Notes under the pieces: generated by a model
Seen by the model: the letters and a program-made list of their open reading frames with translations, nothing else
Told to the model about the DNA's origin: nothing
Databases searched by the model: none
Shown: one piece after another, positions 28,568 through 39,781 of the stretch
Numbering within the stretch: position 1 is the first letter of the stretch
Layout: the number at the start of each line of letters is the position of its first letter
Position numbers and translations under genes: made by a program
Assembly (NCBI GenBank): GCA_963662655.2
Contig: CAXXTU010000002.1
Coordinates: forward strand, 1,664,001 to 1,728,000
Direction: 5' to 3'
DNA: 64,000 bases
Source: Candidatus Cloacimonadales bacterium
Lineage (GTDB): Bacteria > Cloacimonadota > Cloacimonadia > Cloacimonadales > JAIOQZ01

Positions 28568-29311
28568 TTATTTACTCAAAATGGGTAGATGAGAAAGCAG
28601 GACATTCGTTTGAGCCGCCATGAGACTCCCTTTGATCTCGGGGTAACACTGCGTCAGTTCTTCGATGAGTTCCTTCATCTTCGTTCGCTCTCCCCGGTCA
28701 GAGAATCTGCACGAGCTGTGAATGATGGGCAAATCCGTTTGCTTGACGAAGACCGATATCTCTTCTTCCGCACAGAAAGCGAGCGGTCGAATCACCTCAA
28801 CCGGCTGCCCTTCGATCTGGTACGACACGGGCATACTCGAAAGCGTCCCCGAGAAGAACAGATTCATCAGGAGGGTCTCGTTGAAGTCCTCGCGGTGGTG
28901 CCCGAGAGCGATCTTGTTGAAGCCGTTTTTCGTTGCGTAAGTAGTGAGGAATCCCCTGCGAAGTCGAGCGCAGAAAGCGCAGTGCGATTTGTTGCGATTG
29001 AGGTTGTCAGCTATTATTTCCCCAATATCCGTTTCGAGCAAGACAAACTCCGGAAGAATATCCCGGCACGCCTCCTCGATGATGCGGTTTTCTACGCGCC
29101 CATGAGGGTAATCCACTTTCACGGCGCAAAGCTCGAAAAGAACCGGCGCTTTCTTCTGAAGCTCAACCAGGGCATGCAGCAGCGTCCAGGAATCTTTGCC
29201 ACCCGAAACTCCCACCACGATCCGGTCGTTATCCTTGATCAACCCGTAATCGATAATGGTTTTACCCGCTTTGCGGAGTATTGGTTTGAGGGCGTGAGAG
29301 ACATCCTTCAT
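28568..29311 (-). CDS. ttcA: tRNA 2-thiocytidine biosynthesis TtcA-family protein
   Basis: SGGKDS PP-loop, CAFCARLRRG, IALGHHRED, IRPL. Confidence 0.88.
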   Translation of the reverse strand: MKDVSHALKPILRKAGKTIIDYGLIKDNDRIVVGVSGGKDSWTLLHALVELQKKAPVLFELCAVKVDYPHGRVENRIIEEACRDILPEFVLLETDIGEIIADNLNRNKSHCAFCARLRRGFLTTYATKNGFNKIALGHHREDFNETLLMNLFFSGTLSSMPVSYQIEGQPVEVIRPLAFCAEEEISVFVKQTDLPIIHSSCRFSDRGERTKMKELIEELTQCYPEIKGSLMAAQTNVLLSHLPILSK

Positions 29312-29315
29312 CTGC

Positions 29316-30380
29316 TTACTTGGCCAGGCTTTCTTTAATCTCGATTATACTGCTCTTCACATCGAAAAAGAGCTCGACCAGGGACGGATCGAAATGGTAT
29401 CCGGAACTTCCCCTGAAGTAACTGTCGATATCCGGCTCATTGAACGCTTCCTTGTAAACTCGCCTGAACGAGAGCGCATCATACACATCCGCCATCGCCA
29501 CAATCCGGGCTTCGAGTGGTATCTCTTTACCCTTCAGTCGCTTGACATAGCCCTTGCCGTCCCAGCGCTCATGATGGTACAAGACAATATTCTTCGCCAT
29601 TTCGTCAACAGCAGGCGTGTTCAACATCTCGAATCCATACACGACATGCTGCTCGATTACCTTGAATTCCTCTCTCGTGAGGGGACCGGGCTTCTTCAGT
29701 ACCTGATCGGGGATACCGATCTTCCCAACATCGTGCAGGGATGCGTAATGCTCGATGCGGTTCACGAAATCGTGCTCGCAACCAAACTCTCGAGCCAGTA
29801 GCGACGAATACAAACTCACCCTCCGAATATGGTTCCCCGTATCGATGTCGTTGTAGTGATTGGCGTTCTCCAGCGCTGAAACCATTGCCATGGTTATCTG
29901 CTGGTTCTTACGGGTCTTCTCCTCCACGAGCGCGGCGAGGTGCAACTCGCGATCATGCAGAAGTGTGTTCTTGTACTTGAGTTCGTCCTGCGTTCGTTTC
30001 AGGGTTAGCTGCGCCCTCACTCGCTCCAGCATGACCTTGATGTTCATCGGCTTGGTGACATAATCGATACCGCCAAGAGAGAAAGCCTTCACCATGAACT
30101 GCTCGTCGGCGATTCCGGTCATGAATATGATGGGAATGTGCTTGAATTTGTCATCGCCTTTGATGATTTCGGCGACTTCGAATCCATCCATGATCGGCAT
30201 CATGATATCGAGCAGGATAAGGTCGACATCGTTGTTTCTGATTCGATCGAGCGCTTCTTCGCCGTTTGTTGCGATGATTATCTCGTAGTTGGTTCTAATG
30301 TGGAAAATTTCGCTCAATAGCTCGACAATGTCTTCATTGTCCTCTGCGATCAAGACCTTGCAGTTCGTCAAATCTACCAT
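29316..30380 (-). CDS. Response regulator with HD-GYP domain (RpfG-like)
   Basis: REC ILLDIMMP...KP; LHDVGKIG, HHERWDGKGY, ADVYDAL. Confidence 0.92.
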   Translation of the reverse strand: MVDLTNCKVLIAEDNEDIVELLSEIFHIRTNYEIIIATNGEEALDRIRNNDVDLILLDIMMPIMDGFEVAEIIKGDDKFKHIPIIFMTGIADEQFMVKAFSLGGIDYVTKPMNIKVMLERVRAQLTLKRTQDELKYKNTLLHDRELHLAALVEEKTRKNQQITMAMVSALENANHYNDIDTGNHIRRVSLYSSLLAREFGCEHDFVNRIEHYASLHDVGKIGIPDQVLKKPGPLTREEFKVIEQHVVYGFEMLNTPAVDEMAKNIVLYHHERWDGKGYVKRLKGKEIPLEARIVAMADVYDALSFRRVYKEAFNEPDIDSYFRGSSGYHFDPSLVELFFDVKSSIIEIKESLAK

Positions 30381-30440
30381 CTGTTCTCCATTCCCGTACA
30401 CCACAATCCCGGAAAACAATTCAAATCTCAATTACCGATA

Positions 30441-31400
30441 TCAATAAACCTCGTCGTATCTCAGTTTGGTAATCCCATTGCTTTGAGCAAGGTATATATA
30501 ATTATAATCTACATCCAGCGACCATGCGTAGCCGGACGTATAATAGGAATCGATCAGAGAGGGAGAAGCCGGATCCGAAACATCGATCGCCTGCACACCA
30601 TAATCTCCAGCCGCAACAAACAAATGTCTGCTTCTCACGCAAATGTCCATAACTTCGGAGAATGTGTTATAATACCCGACTTCCTGAGGATTCTCGATAT
30701 CCGTCACATCGAGAATCGTAATCCCTGTTTCACCAGCCACATAGACGTAGTGATCCTCCACGGCTATCGCATTGGAAGCAAGTAGAGAATGATCGGTTAC
30801 AAGCCACGGAAAGCTGGGATCCGAAACATCCATGATCCATATACCACTTGAATATACCCCAAACAGATAAGGCCACTTTAACGCGATTTGGTAGGTCTCG
30901 TCGCTCCAGAACTGGCTGCCTGTTTGTTGAATTCTGTTTGGATTACTCACGTCGAGAACCCGCAGACCGAAGTACTTATCCATCACAAACGCATAATTGC
31001 TTTGCACAATAACATCGTTGAAATAAGTTCCGCTAAACTCGTCAACGGAATGGATATCGTCGTAAATGCTCATGTCCGCAACATCGATCCCATCTCCGGC
31101 GAGAAAAACGTAATCTCCGGAGATATCGAAATCGGATGCGACGTTTGTATAATAACCTAAAAGCTCTAAATCATCCGTCAATAGTTGATCGAATACCATA
31201 AATCCATATTCGCTGTTCAGGGTATAGATGTTTCCAGAATCCTCGTTGATTCGATAGGTATAACCTTCGACCTGATAATCGGCGATCAGCTCCAGAAAAC
31301 CGGCCATTCCTGTTCCTGTACCCGTGGTAGAATCACAAGATGCAAGGAGAATCAGTAGCGGTAACGTGGCCAAGTAAAGGAGCGATCGTTTTTGTTTCAT
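30441..31400 (-). CDS. LVIVD-repeat lipoprotein
   Basis: Lipobox LLASC; repeated GL.V.DVS.P..P units. Confidence 0.88.
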   Translation of the reverse strand: MKQKRSLLYLATLPLLILLASCDSTTGTGTGMAGFLELIADYQVEGYTYRINEDSGNIYTLNSEYGFMVFDQLLTDDLELLGYYTNVASDFDISGDYVFLAGDGIDVADMSIYDDIHSVDEFSGTYFNDVIVQSNYAFVMDKYFGLRVLDVSNPNRIQQTGSQFWSDETYQIALKWPYLFGVYSSGIWIMDVSDPSFPWLVTDHSLLASNAIAVEDHYVYVAGETGITILDVTDIENPQEVGYYNTFSEVMDICVRSRHLFVAAGDYGVQAIDVSDPASPSLIDSYYTSGYAWSLDVDYNYIYLAQSNGITKLRYDEVY

Positions 31401-31404
31401 CTCG

Positions 31405-31872
31405 TTACTCGGATGGATAGAAGAACGTTAATCCCGAGTAGTTCTCAACGATGAACAACCGGATGAAGTTTGCTGCATTGTCGTCATTGACCACTTCGAA
31501 GTTTTCAGGATCGAATTTCCTGTACTTCTTTCCCTGCTCGATGTCAGCATCCGTGATCCTCTTGAAGGCGTAGTATCCATCCTTTTTCAGCTCAACAAGA
31601 TCGCCGGACTTCAATTCGAGGTAATCGTCTCCCAGCTCGTCCGTCGCATCGATGAGCTTAAGATATCCGCCTTTCTCGGTCTCCCCTATCAACGTTTGAT
31701 TGTAAAACACTTCGATCTGATCCAGGTTGGAATCGTAAGTATTACCGGTTTGACCACTGGAAACCTGTATGTGAAATTGTGGTTTGGGCGAGTTGTACAT
31801 CCAGTTGGCACACCCCAACATAAGCACGAGAATGGCCGTAATGGTGAAGAATATCGAAATTCGTTTTGTCAT
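31405..31872 (-). CDS. Hypothetical lipoprotein
   Basis: Lipobox LMLGC; AGGAG SD. Confidence 0.75.
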   Translation of the reverse strand: MTKRISIFFTITAILVLMLGCANWMYNSPKPQFHIQVSSGQTGNTYDSNLDQIEVFYNQTLIGETEKGGYLKLIDATDELGDDYLELKSGDLVELKKDGYYAFKRITDADIEQGKKYRKFDPENFEVVNDDNAANFIRLFIVENYSGLTFFYPSE

Positions 31873-32179
31873 TCATTGATCTCCTGAAACAGTTTGGAAA
31901 ACAAACGCAGATAACATGTTTGCTGTCAACGTTTATTTCTTTTCCTAGTTCATACATTATAGCGGATTCTCACCCGTTTCGTTACACCTTCTTACCAACA
32001 ACTTCGAAATCCGTCTCTACTTATAAAGCATCGAGCGATCCAGTCTCCGTGGAATTTCGACTTCATTGAACAAATAAAGTATCCTGAAACGCCCGAAAGC
32101 CTTTCTGGCAGAGGAATACCTTGACAAATTCGTTATAACCATTATTCTATATTCATATCAATATTGAAGGAAATCGTTG

Positions 32180-32641
32180 ATGAAAATCTCGAAGAAAACG
32201 GATTATGCACTGAGAGCGCTCGTCTACCTGGCGATCGATACGGACAAGCTGCACTCTATTCGTCATATCGCGAAAGAGAACGATATCCCGAAGCGCTTCC
32301 TCGAACACATCATGCTCGATCTGAAGGACGCCGGCTGGGTCAAGGGGGTTCCCGGCAGGGACGGCGGGTACCGGATTCTAGTCGATCCCGCAAAGCTAAC
32401 CATCGGTCGTGTCGTCCGTTACTACGACAGCATGCTCGCTCCGATCGCGTGTGTCTCAAGTTGCGAGTACGAGGAATGCTCACAGGAAAGCGCATGCCGC
32501 TTCAGGCGCTTGTTTCTCAATATTCGCAACCACATCGCTCACATGCTCGACAACGTAACCATCAAGGATCTCGCGAATTTCGATCCTGTTTTACAAGAAG
32601 AATTAAAGGAATCGATCACGGTTGACGATAATAGTGCATAG
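32180..32641 (+). CDS. Rrf2-family transcriptional regulator with Cys cluster
   Basis: KTDYALRAL, IP..FLEHI..L, G..GGY, CVSSCEYEECSQESAC; TTGACA at 32121. Confidence 0.92.
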   Translation: MKISKKTDYALRALVYLAIDTDKLHSIRHIAKENDIPKRFLEHIMLDLKDAGWVKGVPGRDGGYRILVDPAKLTIGRVVRYYDSMLAPIACVSSCEYEECSQESACRFRRLFLNIRNHIAHMLDNVTIKDLANFDPVLQEELKESITVDDNSA

Positions 32642-32696
32642 GTCTTTTTTTTAAGCCATAAACTTACACCGATACAGTCGTGATTTATACGGGAGA

Positions 32697-33779
32697 ATGA
32701 TTATGAAATTGTTACTCAGAATTTTTTTTATTGGATTACTGGCCGCTGCGGCCCTGACAGGCTGCTCGGACCAGACGAAATCATCGGATTTGACACTGCT
32801 GAATGTGTCGTACGATCCCACGCGGGAATTCTACAAGGAGTTCAACCAGGCCTTTTGCGAGCACTGGAAGAACCTGCACGGCATAACGCCGACCATCCAG
32901 CAATCGCACGGTGGCGCGGGGAAACAGGCGCGCAGCGTGATCGACGGCCTCCCCGCCGATGTTGTAACGCTCGCACTGGCATACGACATCGACGCCATCA
33001 GCGAGAAGACGGGGCTCTTCCCGGCCGATTGGCAAAAGAGGCTACCAAACAACTCCTGCCCCTACACATCCACGATCGTATTTCTCGTTCGAAAGGGAAA
33101 TCCGAAGGGGATTCGCGATTGGGACGACCTCCTGAAATCGGACGTCGAAGTAATCACGCCCAATCCCAAAACTTCCGGCGGCGCACGCTGGAACTACCTG
33201 GCAGCCTGGGGATACTTCCTGAGAAAGGAGCTCGACAACTTCAGCAAGCTCAAGAATCCGGCTTACCTGAGTAAAGTTCGCGCCGCCCAGGACATCGCCA
33301 GAGCGAAAGTCGCGGAACTCTATCGCCACGTTCCCGTGCTCGACACCGGAGCGAGAGGCTCCACCACGACTTTCATCCAGCGCGGAATCGGCGATGTCCT
33401 TCTCGCGTGGGAAAACGAGGCGTACCTCACCATCAACGAGTTCGATCCCGATCAGTTCGAGATTGTGATCCCGTCCATCAGCATCCAGGCAGAACCTCCC
33501 GTGACGCTTGTCGATAAAAACGCCGAGTCGCATGGTGTCCGTGAACTCGCGGAAGCGTACCTCGCGTTCCTCTACTCCCCAACCGGTCAGCGTCTGGTGG
33601 CACGGCACTACTATCGTCCGCTCCACCCGGAATTCGCCGATCCCGTCGACAACAACCGCTTCGAATATGTTATTACCTTCAAAATCGAAGAAGTCTTCGA
33701 AGGCTGGCAGCAAGCGCAGCGGAAACATTTTGCGGATGGCGGAATCTTCGATCAAATCTATCTCGTCCAGCAGCAGTAA
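32697..33779 (+). CDS. sbp: Sulfate/thiosulfate ABC substrate-binding protein (lipoprotein-type signal)
   Basis: [41 protein letters not shown]. Confidence 0.95.
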   Translation: MIMKLLLRIFFIGLLAAAALTGCSDQTKSSDLTLLNVSYDPTREFYKEFNQAFCEHWKNLHGITPTIQQSHGGAGKQARSVIDGLPADVVTLALAYDIDAISEKTGLFPADWQKRLPNNSCPYTSTIVFLVRKGNPKGIRDWDDLLKSDVEVITPNPKTSGGARWNYLAAWGYFLRKELDNFSKLKNPAYLSKVRAAQDIARAKVAELYRHVPVLDTGARGSTTTFIQRGIGDVLLAWENEAYLTINEFDPDQFEIVIPSISIQAEPPVTLVDKNAESHGVRELAEAYLAFLYSPTGQRLVARHYYRPLHPEFADPVDNNRFEYVITFKIEEVFEGWQQAQRKHFADGGIFDQIYLVQQQ

Positions 33780-33789
33780 GGATTATGCC

Positions 33790-34620
33790 ATGAAACTCAA
33801 GCACCACAGCGTCCTGCCCGGGTTCGGGATGAGCCTCGGCTACACGCTGCTCTATCTGGGACTTATCGTCCTGCTGCCTCTCGCCGCACTAACCGTCAAC
33901 AGCAGTAAGATCGGCTGGAGCGGATTCTGGAATGTCATGACCGACGCCCGTGTTGTAGCATCTTTCAAACTCACCTTCACAACCGCTTTGGCGGCAGCGA
34001 CGGTCAATGCCGTGTTCGGGCTTCTCATCGCATGGTTTCTGGTCCGGGTGCAGTTTCCCGGGAAGAGGATTATCGACGCCCTCATCGACCTGCCTTTCGC
34101 ACTACCCACTGCTGTCAGTGGAATCGCGCTGACAGCGATCTACGCACCCAATGGGTGGATCGGCAAGCCGCTTCTCGACGCGGGGATACGAATCGCCTTC
34201 ACGCCGGTCGGGATCACCATTGCCATGATTTTCATCGGTCTTCCGTTCGTGGTTCGAACCGTGCAGCCGGCAATCGAAGAGCTAGATCAGGAGGTGGAAG
34301 AGGCTTCTCTTTGCCTGGGAGCTTCCCGCTTCAGAACCTTCCGCTGCGTGATCCTCCCGCTGATACTCCCCTCACTTCTGACCGGCTTCGCGATGGCCCT
34401 CGCAAGAGCGCTGGGCGAGTACGGTTCGGTCGTTTTCATCGCGGGTAACATGCCGATGAAAACCGAGATCGCCTCGCTGCTGATCATCACCAAGCTGGAG
34501 CAGTACGATTATACCGGGGCTACCGCAATCGCTCTGGGAATGCTGATCATTTCGTTCGTGCTGCTGCTTTCGATCAACCTGCTCCAATCCTGGAGCGGCA
34601 ACCGTCTGAAAGAGGTATGA
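33790..34620 (+). CDS. cysT: Sulfate ABC permease CysT
   Basis: [26 protein letters not shown]. Confidence 0.93.
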   Translation: MKLKHHSVLPGFGMSLGYTLLYLGLIVLLPLAALTVNSSKIGWSGFWNVMTDARVVASFKLTFTTALAAATVNAVFGLLIAWFLVRVQFPGKRIIDALIDLPFALPTAVSGIALTAIYAPNGWIGKPLLDAGIRIAFTPVGITIAMIFIGLPFVVRTVQPAIEELDQEVEEASLCLGASRFRTFRCVILPLILPSLLTGFAMALARALGEYGSVVFIAGNMPMKTEIASLLIITKLEQYDYTGATAIALGMLIISFVLLLSINLLQSWSGNRLKEV

Positions 34621-34621
34621 C

Positions 34622-35461
34622 ATGAACCGTGTAACACTACGCCCCGGGCTGCGATCGTCTAAGGCGGTCGAAATCGCGATAACCGCAGCGACGCTGCTTT
34701 TTCTGGGAGCTTTTCTATTGCTGCCGCTAGCGATCGTGTTCGGGGAGGCATTCCGGCAGGGAGTGCGCGTGTGGATGGAGAGCATCGTCAATCCCGAAGC
34801 GCTCTCGGCCATCCGCATGACGTTGCTCGTAACCGCGATCTCCGTACCGCTCAATATCGTGTTCGGAATTGCTGCCGCGTGGTCGCTATCCAAGTTTCGG
34901 TTCAGGGGCAGAAACCTGGTCATCACGCTGATCGATCTGCCGTTCGCGGTCTCGCCGGTGATCTCCGGTCTGATCTTCGTGCTTCTCTTCGGTGCGCATG
35001 GATGGCTGGGCCCCTGGCTTGGCGAACACAATATTCGCATCATCTTCGCGGTGCCCGGAATCGTGCTTGCAACGCTTTTTGTGACATTCCCATACGTGGC
35101 CAGGGAGTTGATCCCCCTGATGACCGAGCAGGGAACGCAAGAGGAGCAGGCCGCCCTCACGCTGGGGGCAAGCGGCTGGAAAACATTTTGGAAGGTTACG
35201 ATTCCCAATATCAAGTGGGGATTGATCTACGGCGTTATCTTGTGCAACGCGCGTGCGATGGGTGAATTCGGTGCGGTTTCCGTTGTGTCGGGACACATAC
35301 GCGGACACACCAACACCCTTCCGTTGCAAACCGAGATTTTATACAATGAATATCACTTCACCGCCGCGTTCGCAGTCGCTTCGCTCCTGGCGATGCTGGC
35401 TCTGCTGACAATCGTTCTCAAATCGGTGGTCGAGTGGAAGACAAAGGAGTGTCGCTCATGA
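34622..35461 (+). CDS. cysW: Sulfate ABC permease CysW
   Basis: [24 protein letters not shown]. Confidence 0.93.
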   Translation: MNRVTLRPGLRSSKAVEIAITAATLLFLGAFLLLPLAIVFGEAFRQGVRVWMESIVNPEALSAIRMTLLVTAISVPLNIVFGIAAAWSLSKFRFRGRNLVITLIDLPFAVSPVISGLIFVLLFGAHGWLGPWLGEHNIRIIFAVPGIVLATLFVTFPYVARELIPLMTEQGTQEEQAALTLGASGWKTFWKVTIPNIKWGLIYGVILCNARAMGEFGAVSVVSGHIRGHTNTLPLQTEILYNEYHFTAAFAVASLLAMLALLTIVLKSVVEWKTKECRS

Positions 35462-36525
35462 GTATTACATTGCAGAACATCACCAAAAGTTTCGATCATT
35501 TCCAGGCGATTAAGGATATTTCGCTGACCTTCAAGGATGGCGAGTTGACTGCGCTACTCGGGCCTTCAGGCTCGGGTAAAACCACCCTGCTGCGACTGGT
35601 TGCGGGACTCGAGCTTCCGGACGAGAATCCCGAATCGAGAATCCTTTTCAACGATGCGGATGTCGCCCGGAAACCGGCGAGTCAGCGCAATGTCGGCTTT
35701 GTTTTCCAGCACTACGCGCTGTTCCGCCACATGACGGTTTTCGAGAACATCGCCTTCGGCCTGCGCGTGATGAAACGCTCACAGCGACCACCCAAGGCTG
35801 AAATCCGGGATCGCGTCAACGAGCTGCTGAAGCTGATACAGCTCGGTGCGATGGCCAACAGAATGCCCTCCCAGCTCTCTGGCGGACAACGTCAGCGGGT
35901 AGCGCTCGCGAGAGCGCTCGCGATTCGCCCGAAAGTTCTTCTGCTCGACGAACCCTTCGGTGCGCTGGACGCCAAGGTTCGAACGGAGCTCCGGCGCTGG
36001 CTGCGCGAGCTCCACGATCAATTGCACATCACCAGCATCTTCGTCACGCACGATCAGGAGGAAGCGCTCGAAGTGGCCGACCGGATCGTCGTGATGAACC
36101 AGGGAGCCATCGAGCAAACCGGAACACCCGACGAGGTGTTCCACCACCCGGCCAGCGAGTTCGTCCTGCAATTCCTGGGCGACGTAAACGTTTTCCACGG
36201 CAGGTTCAACGGCTCGTCATCGCGGTTTCACCGCATCGATACCGATCATCCTTCCCGCATGCTGGTGCGTCCGCATGAAATCGAAGTTCTGCTCAATCCC
36301 CTTGGGAATCCGGACGCAATCCCCGTGCAGACGCATCGGGTTCTCACAGCGGGAGCCGTCGTGAAGCTGGAATTCATCGATTCCCTGCATCAAAGCATTC
36401 AGGTCCACCTCTCGCATGCAGATTATACACGTACCCCCGTTCACCCGGGCATGAAGGTGTACCTCCGCCCGAGAAGCCAGTATAATCCATTTGTGCGAAG
36501 TGCGGCCAACGGCTACGGGCATTAG
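35458..36525 (+). CDS. cysA: Sulfate ABC ATPase CysA
   Basis: [42 protein letters not shown]. Confidence 0.93.
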   Translation: MSITLQNITKSFDHFQAIKDISLTFKDGELTALLGPSGSGKTTLLRLVAGLELPDENPESRILFNDADVARKPASQRNVGFVFQHYALFRHMTVFENIAFGLRVMKRSQRPPKAEIRDRVNELLKLIQLGAMANRMPSQLSGGQRQRVALARALAIRPKVLLLDEPFGALDAKVRTELRRWLRELHDQLHITSIFVTHDQEEALEVADRIVVMNQGAIEQTGTPDEVFHHPASEFVLQFLGDVNVFHGRFNGSSSRFHRIDTDHPSRMLVRPHEIEVLLNPLGNPDAIPVQTHRVLTAGAVVKLEFIDSLHQSIQVHLSHADYTRTPVHPGMKVYLRPRSQYNPFVRSAANGYGH

Positions 36526-36642
36526 TATTTTTTACACCAAAGGAAGCCGACCGAGGAAAGATCATAAATTCCTTGCCGTATTCTCCCTGTGTGATTGTAT
36601 TTTGTTTCGAAAGTATTAAATCGATAACTGAATGGGGAGTGT

Positions 36643-37374
36643 ATGGGTTTTCTGAAGAATATTTTCAGCAGCAGCGAAGAAGTGCCGGAAGAAGCAACAC
36701 AGCTGTTTGAAGAAGGCAAGTCTCTTTTTAAGAAAAAGGCCTACGACGAAGCCATCAACACACTGAAGAAGGGATTGGCAATTTACAAGAAGGACGCGGA
36801 AGCGAATTACCTCCTTGGGCGGCTCTATCTCGCCATGAACAATCCTACCGAAGCGAAGCTGCATCTCCTCAAGGCAACCGAATACGATAAGAACTATTTC
36901 CAGGCTTTCTACGAGCTGGGGAATATCTATCTTCGGGAGAAGGACTACCCCAAGGCGATCGAAGCCTTTAAAAGGGAAATCGAGATCGAGCCCAACCCCG
37001 AGAGAACCATCGCGGTGGCGAGAGAGATTCGCCGGATCGAGCGAGACTCGGCTGCGGCGGACTTCCTGCAGAAATCACTCCATTCCGTATCCAAGATCAA
37101 ACGCAATTTCAAACCCTCCATGACAGCGATGGCCTACTACGAGCTGGGCGATATCTTCCTGGAGATGGCCAAGTACGAAGAAGCGTACGACCAGCTTTCC
37201 AAAGCCGTTAAAATGTACCCTCGTCATGCGAACGCTCACTATAAACTCAGCCAGATTCTCGCCCGGAAGGGAGAATCGAAGAAGTCGATCGAGCACATGA
37301 AGGAGGCAGCCAAGCTCGGGCACAAAGAGTGCCAGAGCAAGCTTCTGAAATGGAAAATCGGCTGGAAGGATTGA
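36643..37374 (+). CDS. TPR-repeat protein
   Basis: Multiple TPR consensus units (A.Y.LG..Y...). Confidence 0.85.
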   Translation: MGFLKNIFSSSEEVPEEATQLFEEGKSLFKKKAYDEAINTLKKGLAIYKKDAEANYLLGRLYLAMNNPTEAKLHLLKATEYDKNYFQAFYELGNIYLREKDYPKAIEAFKREIEIEPNPERTIAVAREIRRIERDSAAADFLQKSLHSVSKIKRNFKPSMTAMAYYELGDIFLEMAKYEEAYDQLSKAVKMYPRHANAHYKLSQILARKGESKKSIEHMKEAAKLGHKECQSKLLKWKIGWKD

Positions 37375-37410
37375 TCTCCGGCAGATGATAAACCAAGAAA
37401 CGACGCCAGC

Positions 37411-38286
37411 ATGAAAGAAGAATTCAGACGCATTACAAGCAACGAAAAAGAAGCCATCCTTAAGATGACTGAAAACATCTGGGATGGCGAAGACTATACC
37501 AAAATCGTGTTCGACGAGTGGGTCGAGAACACGCGAAATCCATTTATCGCGCTCTGGCTCGACGACGAGCTTTCCGGCATCGGACGATTGAGCTGGGTTA
37601 CCGAGAGCGACGCCTGGCTGGAAGGACTCAAGAAGCATCCCGCGTGCGAGCATCGTGGCGTTGGGAGTAAATTCCTCGAGCACTTCCTCGACATGATACG
37701 CAGCCGCGATCGGGTCGATTCCATCCGGTTTTCCACCTATTTCCCGAATGTCGAATCGATCGCCCTGAACACCAGGCGCGGTTTTTACCATAAGTATTCG
37801 TATTCTCATCTCGTTTACGAGATATCCGGCGAGGAGAAGCCTGCTGAAGGCGTTGTTGAAATAGCCAAGAGCAAGGAAGATTTCCTGCCGCTTTTCATAA
37901 ACTCCGGCTTCAATCGCGACATGAAAGAACTTATCGCGTTCGGCTGGGTGTTCTATCCGGCTGCCCCGGAGAATTTCCAGCGATTCATCGAAAAGGGTTA
38001 CATTCTCGCCACCGGAGGTGGTAGCCTCGATGGCGCGATCCTCCTGATTCATTCTCCCAAAGAGAAGTCCATGAACATTTTAGCGATTCACGCGGAATGT
38101 AGCGATGTAATGGATCGCCTGCTCACGGCTGCGAAGCATTGCGCACTCCAGAGAAATATTCCCCGGATCACCCTCATGGCTCCCGACGATGCGGAGACTT
38201 TGCGTCGTTTCCGTACGAATGGATTCACAAGCTGGGAGAAAGAAAACGACGTCTACCTCTTCGAGCTTCCGCTCGATCGTCTCTGA
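37411..38286 (+). CDS. GNAT-family acetyltransferase (tandem fold)
   Basis: AWLEGL..HP....GVG, N..SIAL....GF. Confidence 0.75.
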   Translation: MKEEFRRITSNEKEAILKMTENIWDGEDYTKIVFDEWVENTRNPFIALWLDDELSGIGRLSWVTESDAWLEGLKKHPACEHRGVGSKFLEHFLDMIRSRDRVDSIRFSTYFPNVESIALNTRRGFYHKYSYSHLVYEISGEEKPAEGVVEIAKSKEDFLPLFINSGFNRDMKELIAFGWVFYPAAPENFQRFIEKGYILATGGGSLDGAILLIHSPKEKSMNILAIHAECSDVMDRLLTAAKHCALQRNIPRITLMAPDDAETLRRFRTNGFTSWEKENDVYLFELPLDRL

Positions 38287-38502
38287 CAAGCGCGACCATG
38301 TGTTCAGAACAATAGCATGAATAAAGCAAAAATAAATTAATTATTAACGATAGGCCATTCAACATGCCGACCGCCATTACCCCATCAATATAGCTTTACA
38401 AGCGGTTCATCGGGGTTTCAAACTTCCAGATACGGAACGACAATTTGTTGATTTTCTTGACATGGAAATGAATGTGATTTGATTTTTACCGATGGAGGAT
38501 TC

Positions 38503-38895
38503 ATGAAGAAAATAGTTTTTTTCTTTTTATCCCTAATCATCCTTGCAGCATGCAGCGCTACCAAAACTCTCGAGGAAAGAGAACTCGCCACCAATCGATA
38601 TCAAGCAGGCGTCCTCAAGAGAAGCTGTGTGGAACAAAACATCTCAAACGCACTTACCACCGAGGCTGATTCCCTGTATCTGGTCGGCACTGAATTCGAG
38701 CGAACCTTTCGCCCAGAAAAAGCCATCGCTGCGATGGATCGAGCCATCGTCATCTACAGCCTCGCTCTTGCACAGCGAGACATGGACGAGAGCCAGCAAA
38801 GACACCATAATCAGGTTGAATCGCTCGAAATGGCGAAAAAGCAGCTCGAGTTCACCAAACGTATGCTGGACGAGATGAAAGGAGGCACGGAATGA
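38503..38895 (+). CDS. Helical lipoprotein
   Basis: Lipobox LAAC; GGAGG SD. Confidence 0.8.
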   Translation: MKKIVFFFLSLIILAACSATKTLEERELATNRYQAGVLKRSCVEQNISNALTTEADSLYLVGTEFERTFRPEKAIAAMDRAIVIYSLALAQRDMDESQQRHHNQVESLEMAKKQLEFTKRMLDEMKGGTE

Positions 38896-39776
38896 TGAAG
38901 AAACTTATGATCGTTTCGTTGCTGGCGCTTCTCCTGTTCCCGGCACTGGTTTTCGCCTCGAACGGCAGCGACTCGCTAATGACAAAGCTCGTTAAAACCA
39001 AGGATTTGCTGTACCAGCGATACAAAGAATACATCGATTCGGGGGTGGTACGCGAGGTGTATCTATACCCTCTCGCGCTCGCTCGTATCGATGAAGCGCT
39101 CGACCTCTACAAATCGTCCCCGAAAGCCAGCAATACGCGGCAGCAAATCGAGCTCGCGGATATGCTCGCCGAGGCGGCGCTGAACCAGATGACCGCTGCC
39201 ATGAACTATTCCATGGCCTTCCGGCTTCAGGAAGAGACGGAAAAGACCTTCCGGCAGATCGCGACAATGCGCGAGGAAATCAACACGCTTCAGCAAAACC
39301 AGGCGGTTGAAGAGGCGCACAAACTGCAAATGCAGATCGCCATGCAACAGCAAGAGATCGAAAGGCAGCGCGAGGAAGCGCAGCAGCGTTTCGATCAACT
39401 CAAGAGCGAGCTGATCAGCGTGAGGCAGGATGCTCGCGGAACGATCATCAGTATGTCGGACATCCTTTTCGATGTGAATCAGGCAACGCTGACGTCAGAC
39501 CTGAAGATCAACCTCGCCAAGATAACCGGAATCTTGCTGGTTTACAAAGACCTGAATATTACGATCGAGGGGCATACCGATAACACGGGAAGCAGGGATT
39601 ACAACCAGACCCTCTCGGAGAATCGCGCCGAAAACGTATTGACTTTCCTGACGGAACAGGGAGTTTCGCCCACAAGATTATCTTCGACCGGCTATGGATT
39701 CGACAAGCCTGTTGCCGATAATAACACAGCGGAAGGAAGACGGAAGAATCGACGAGTTGATTTGGTAATCCGATAA
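38892..39776 (+). CDS. OmpA-family peptidoglycan-binding protein with coiled coil
   Basis: DILFD, IEGHTDNTGS..YN..LS..RA, NRRVD. Confidence 0.92.
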   Translation: MMKKLMIVSLLALLLFPALVFASNGSDSLMTKLVKTKDLLYQRYKEYIDSGVVREVYLYPLALARIDEALDLYKSSPKASNTRQQIELADMLAEAALNQMTAAMNYSMAFRLQEETEKTFRQIATMREEINTLQQNQAVEEAHKLQMQIAMQQQEIERQREEAQQRFDQLKSELISVRQDARGTIISMSDILFDVNQATLTSDLKINLAKITGILLVYKDLNITIEGHTDNTGSRDYNQTLSENRAENVLTFLTEQGVSPTRLSSTGYGFDKPVADNNTAEGRRKNRRVDLVIR

Positions 39777-39781
39777 GCGAT

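Noticed and set aside
28293..28592. 99 aa + ORF and the 62 aa minus ORF at 28278-28466
   Set aside because: They start within or cross the terminator and the GC-rich palindromic element; likely spurious
33508..33789. N-terminal extension of cysT in the ORF track (similarly queE to 46116, amidohydrolase to 47411, ABC ATPase from 49644)
   Set aside because: The extensions overlap upstream genes; family-typical starts lie downstream
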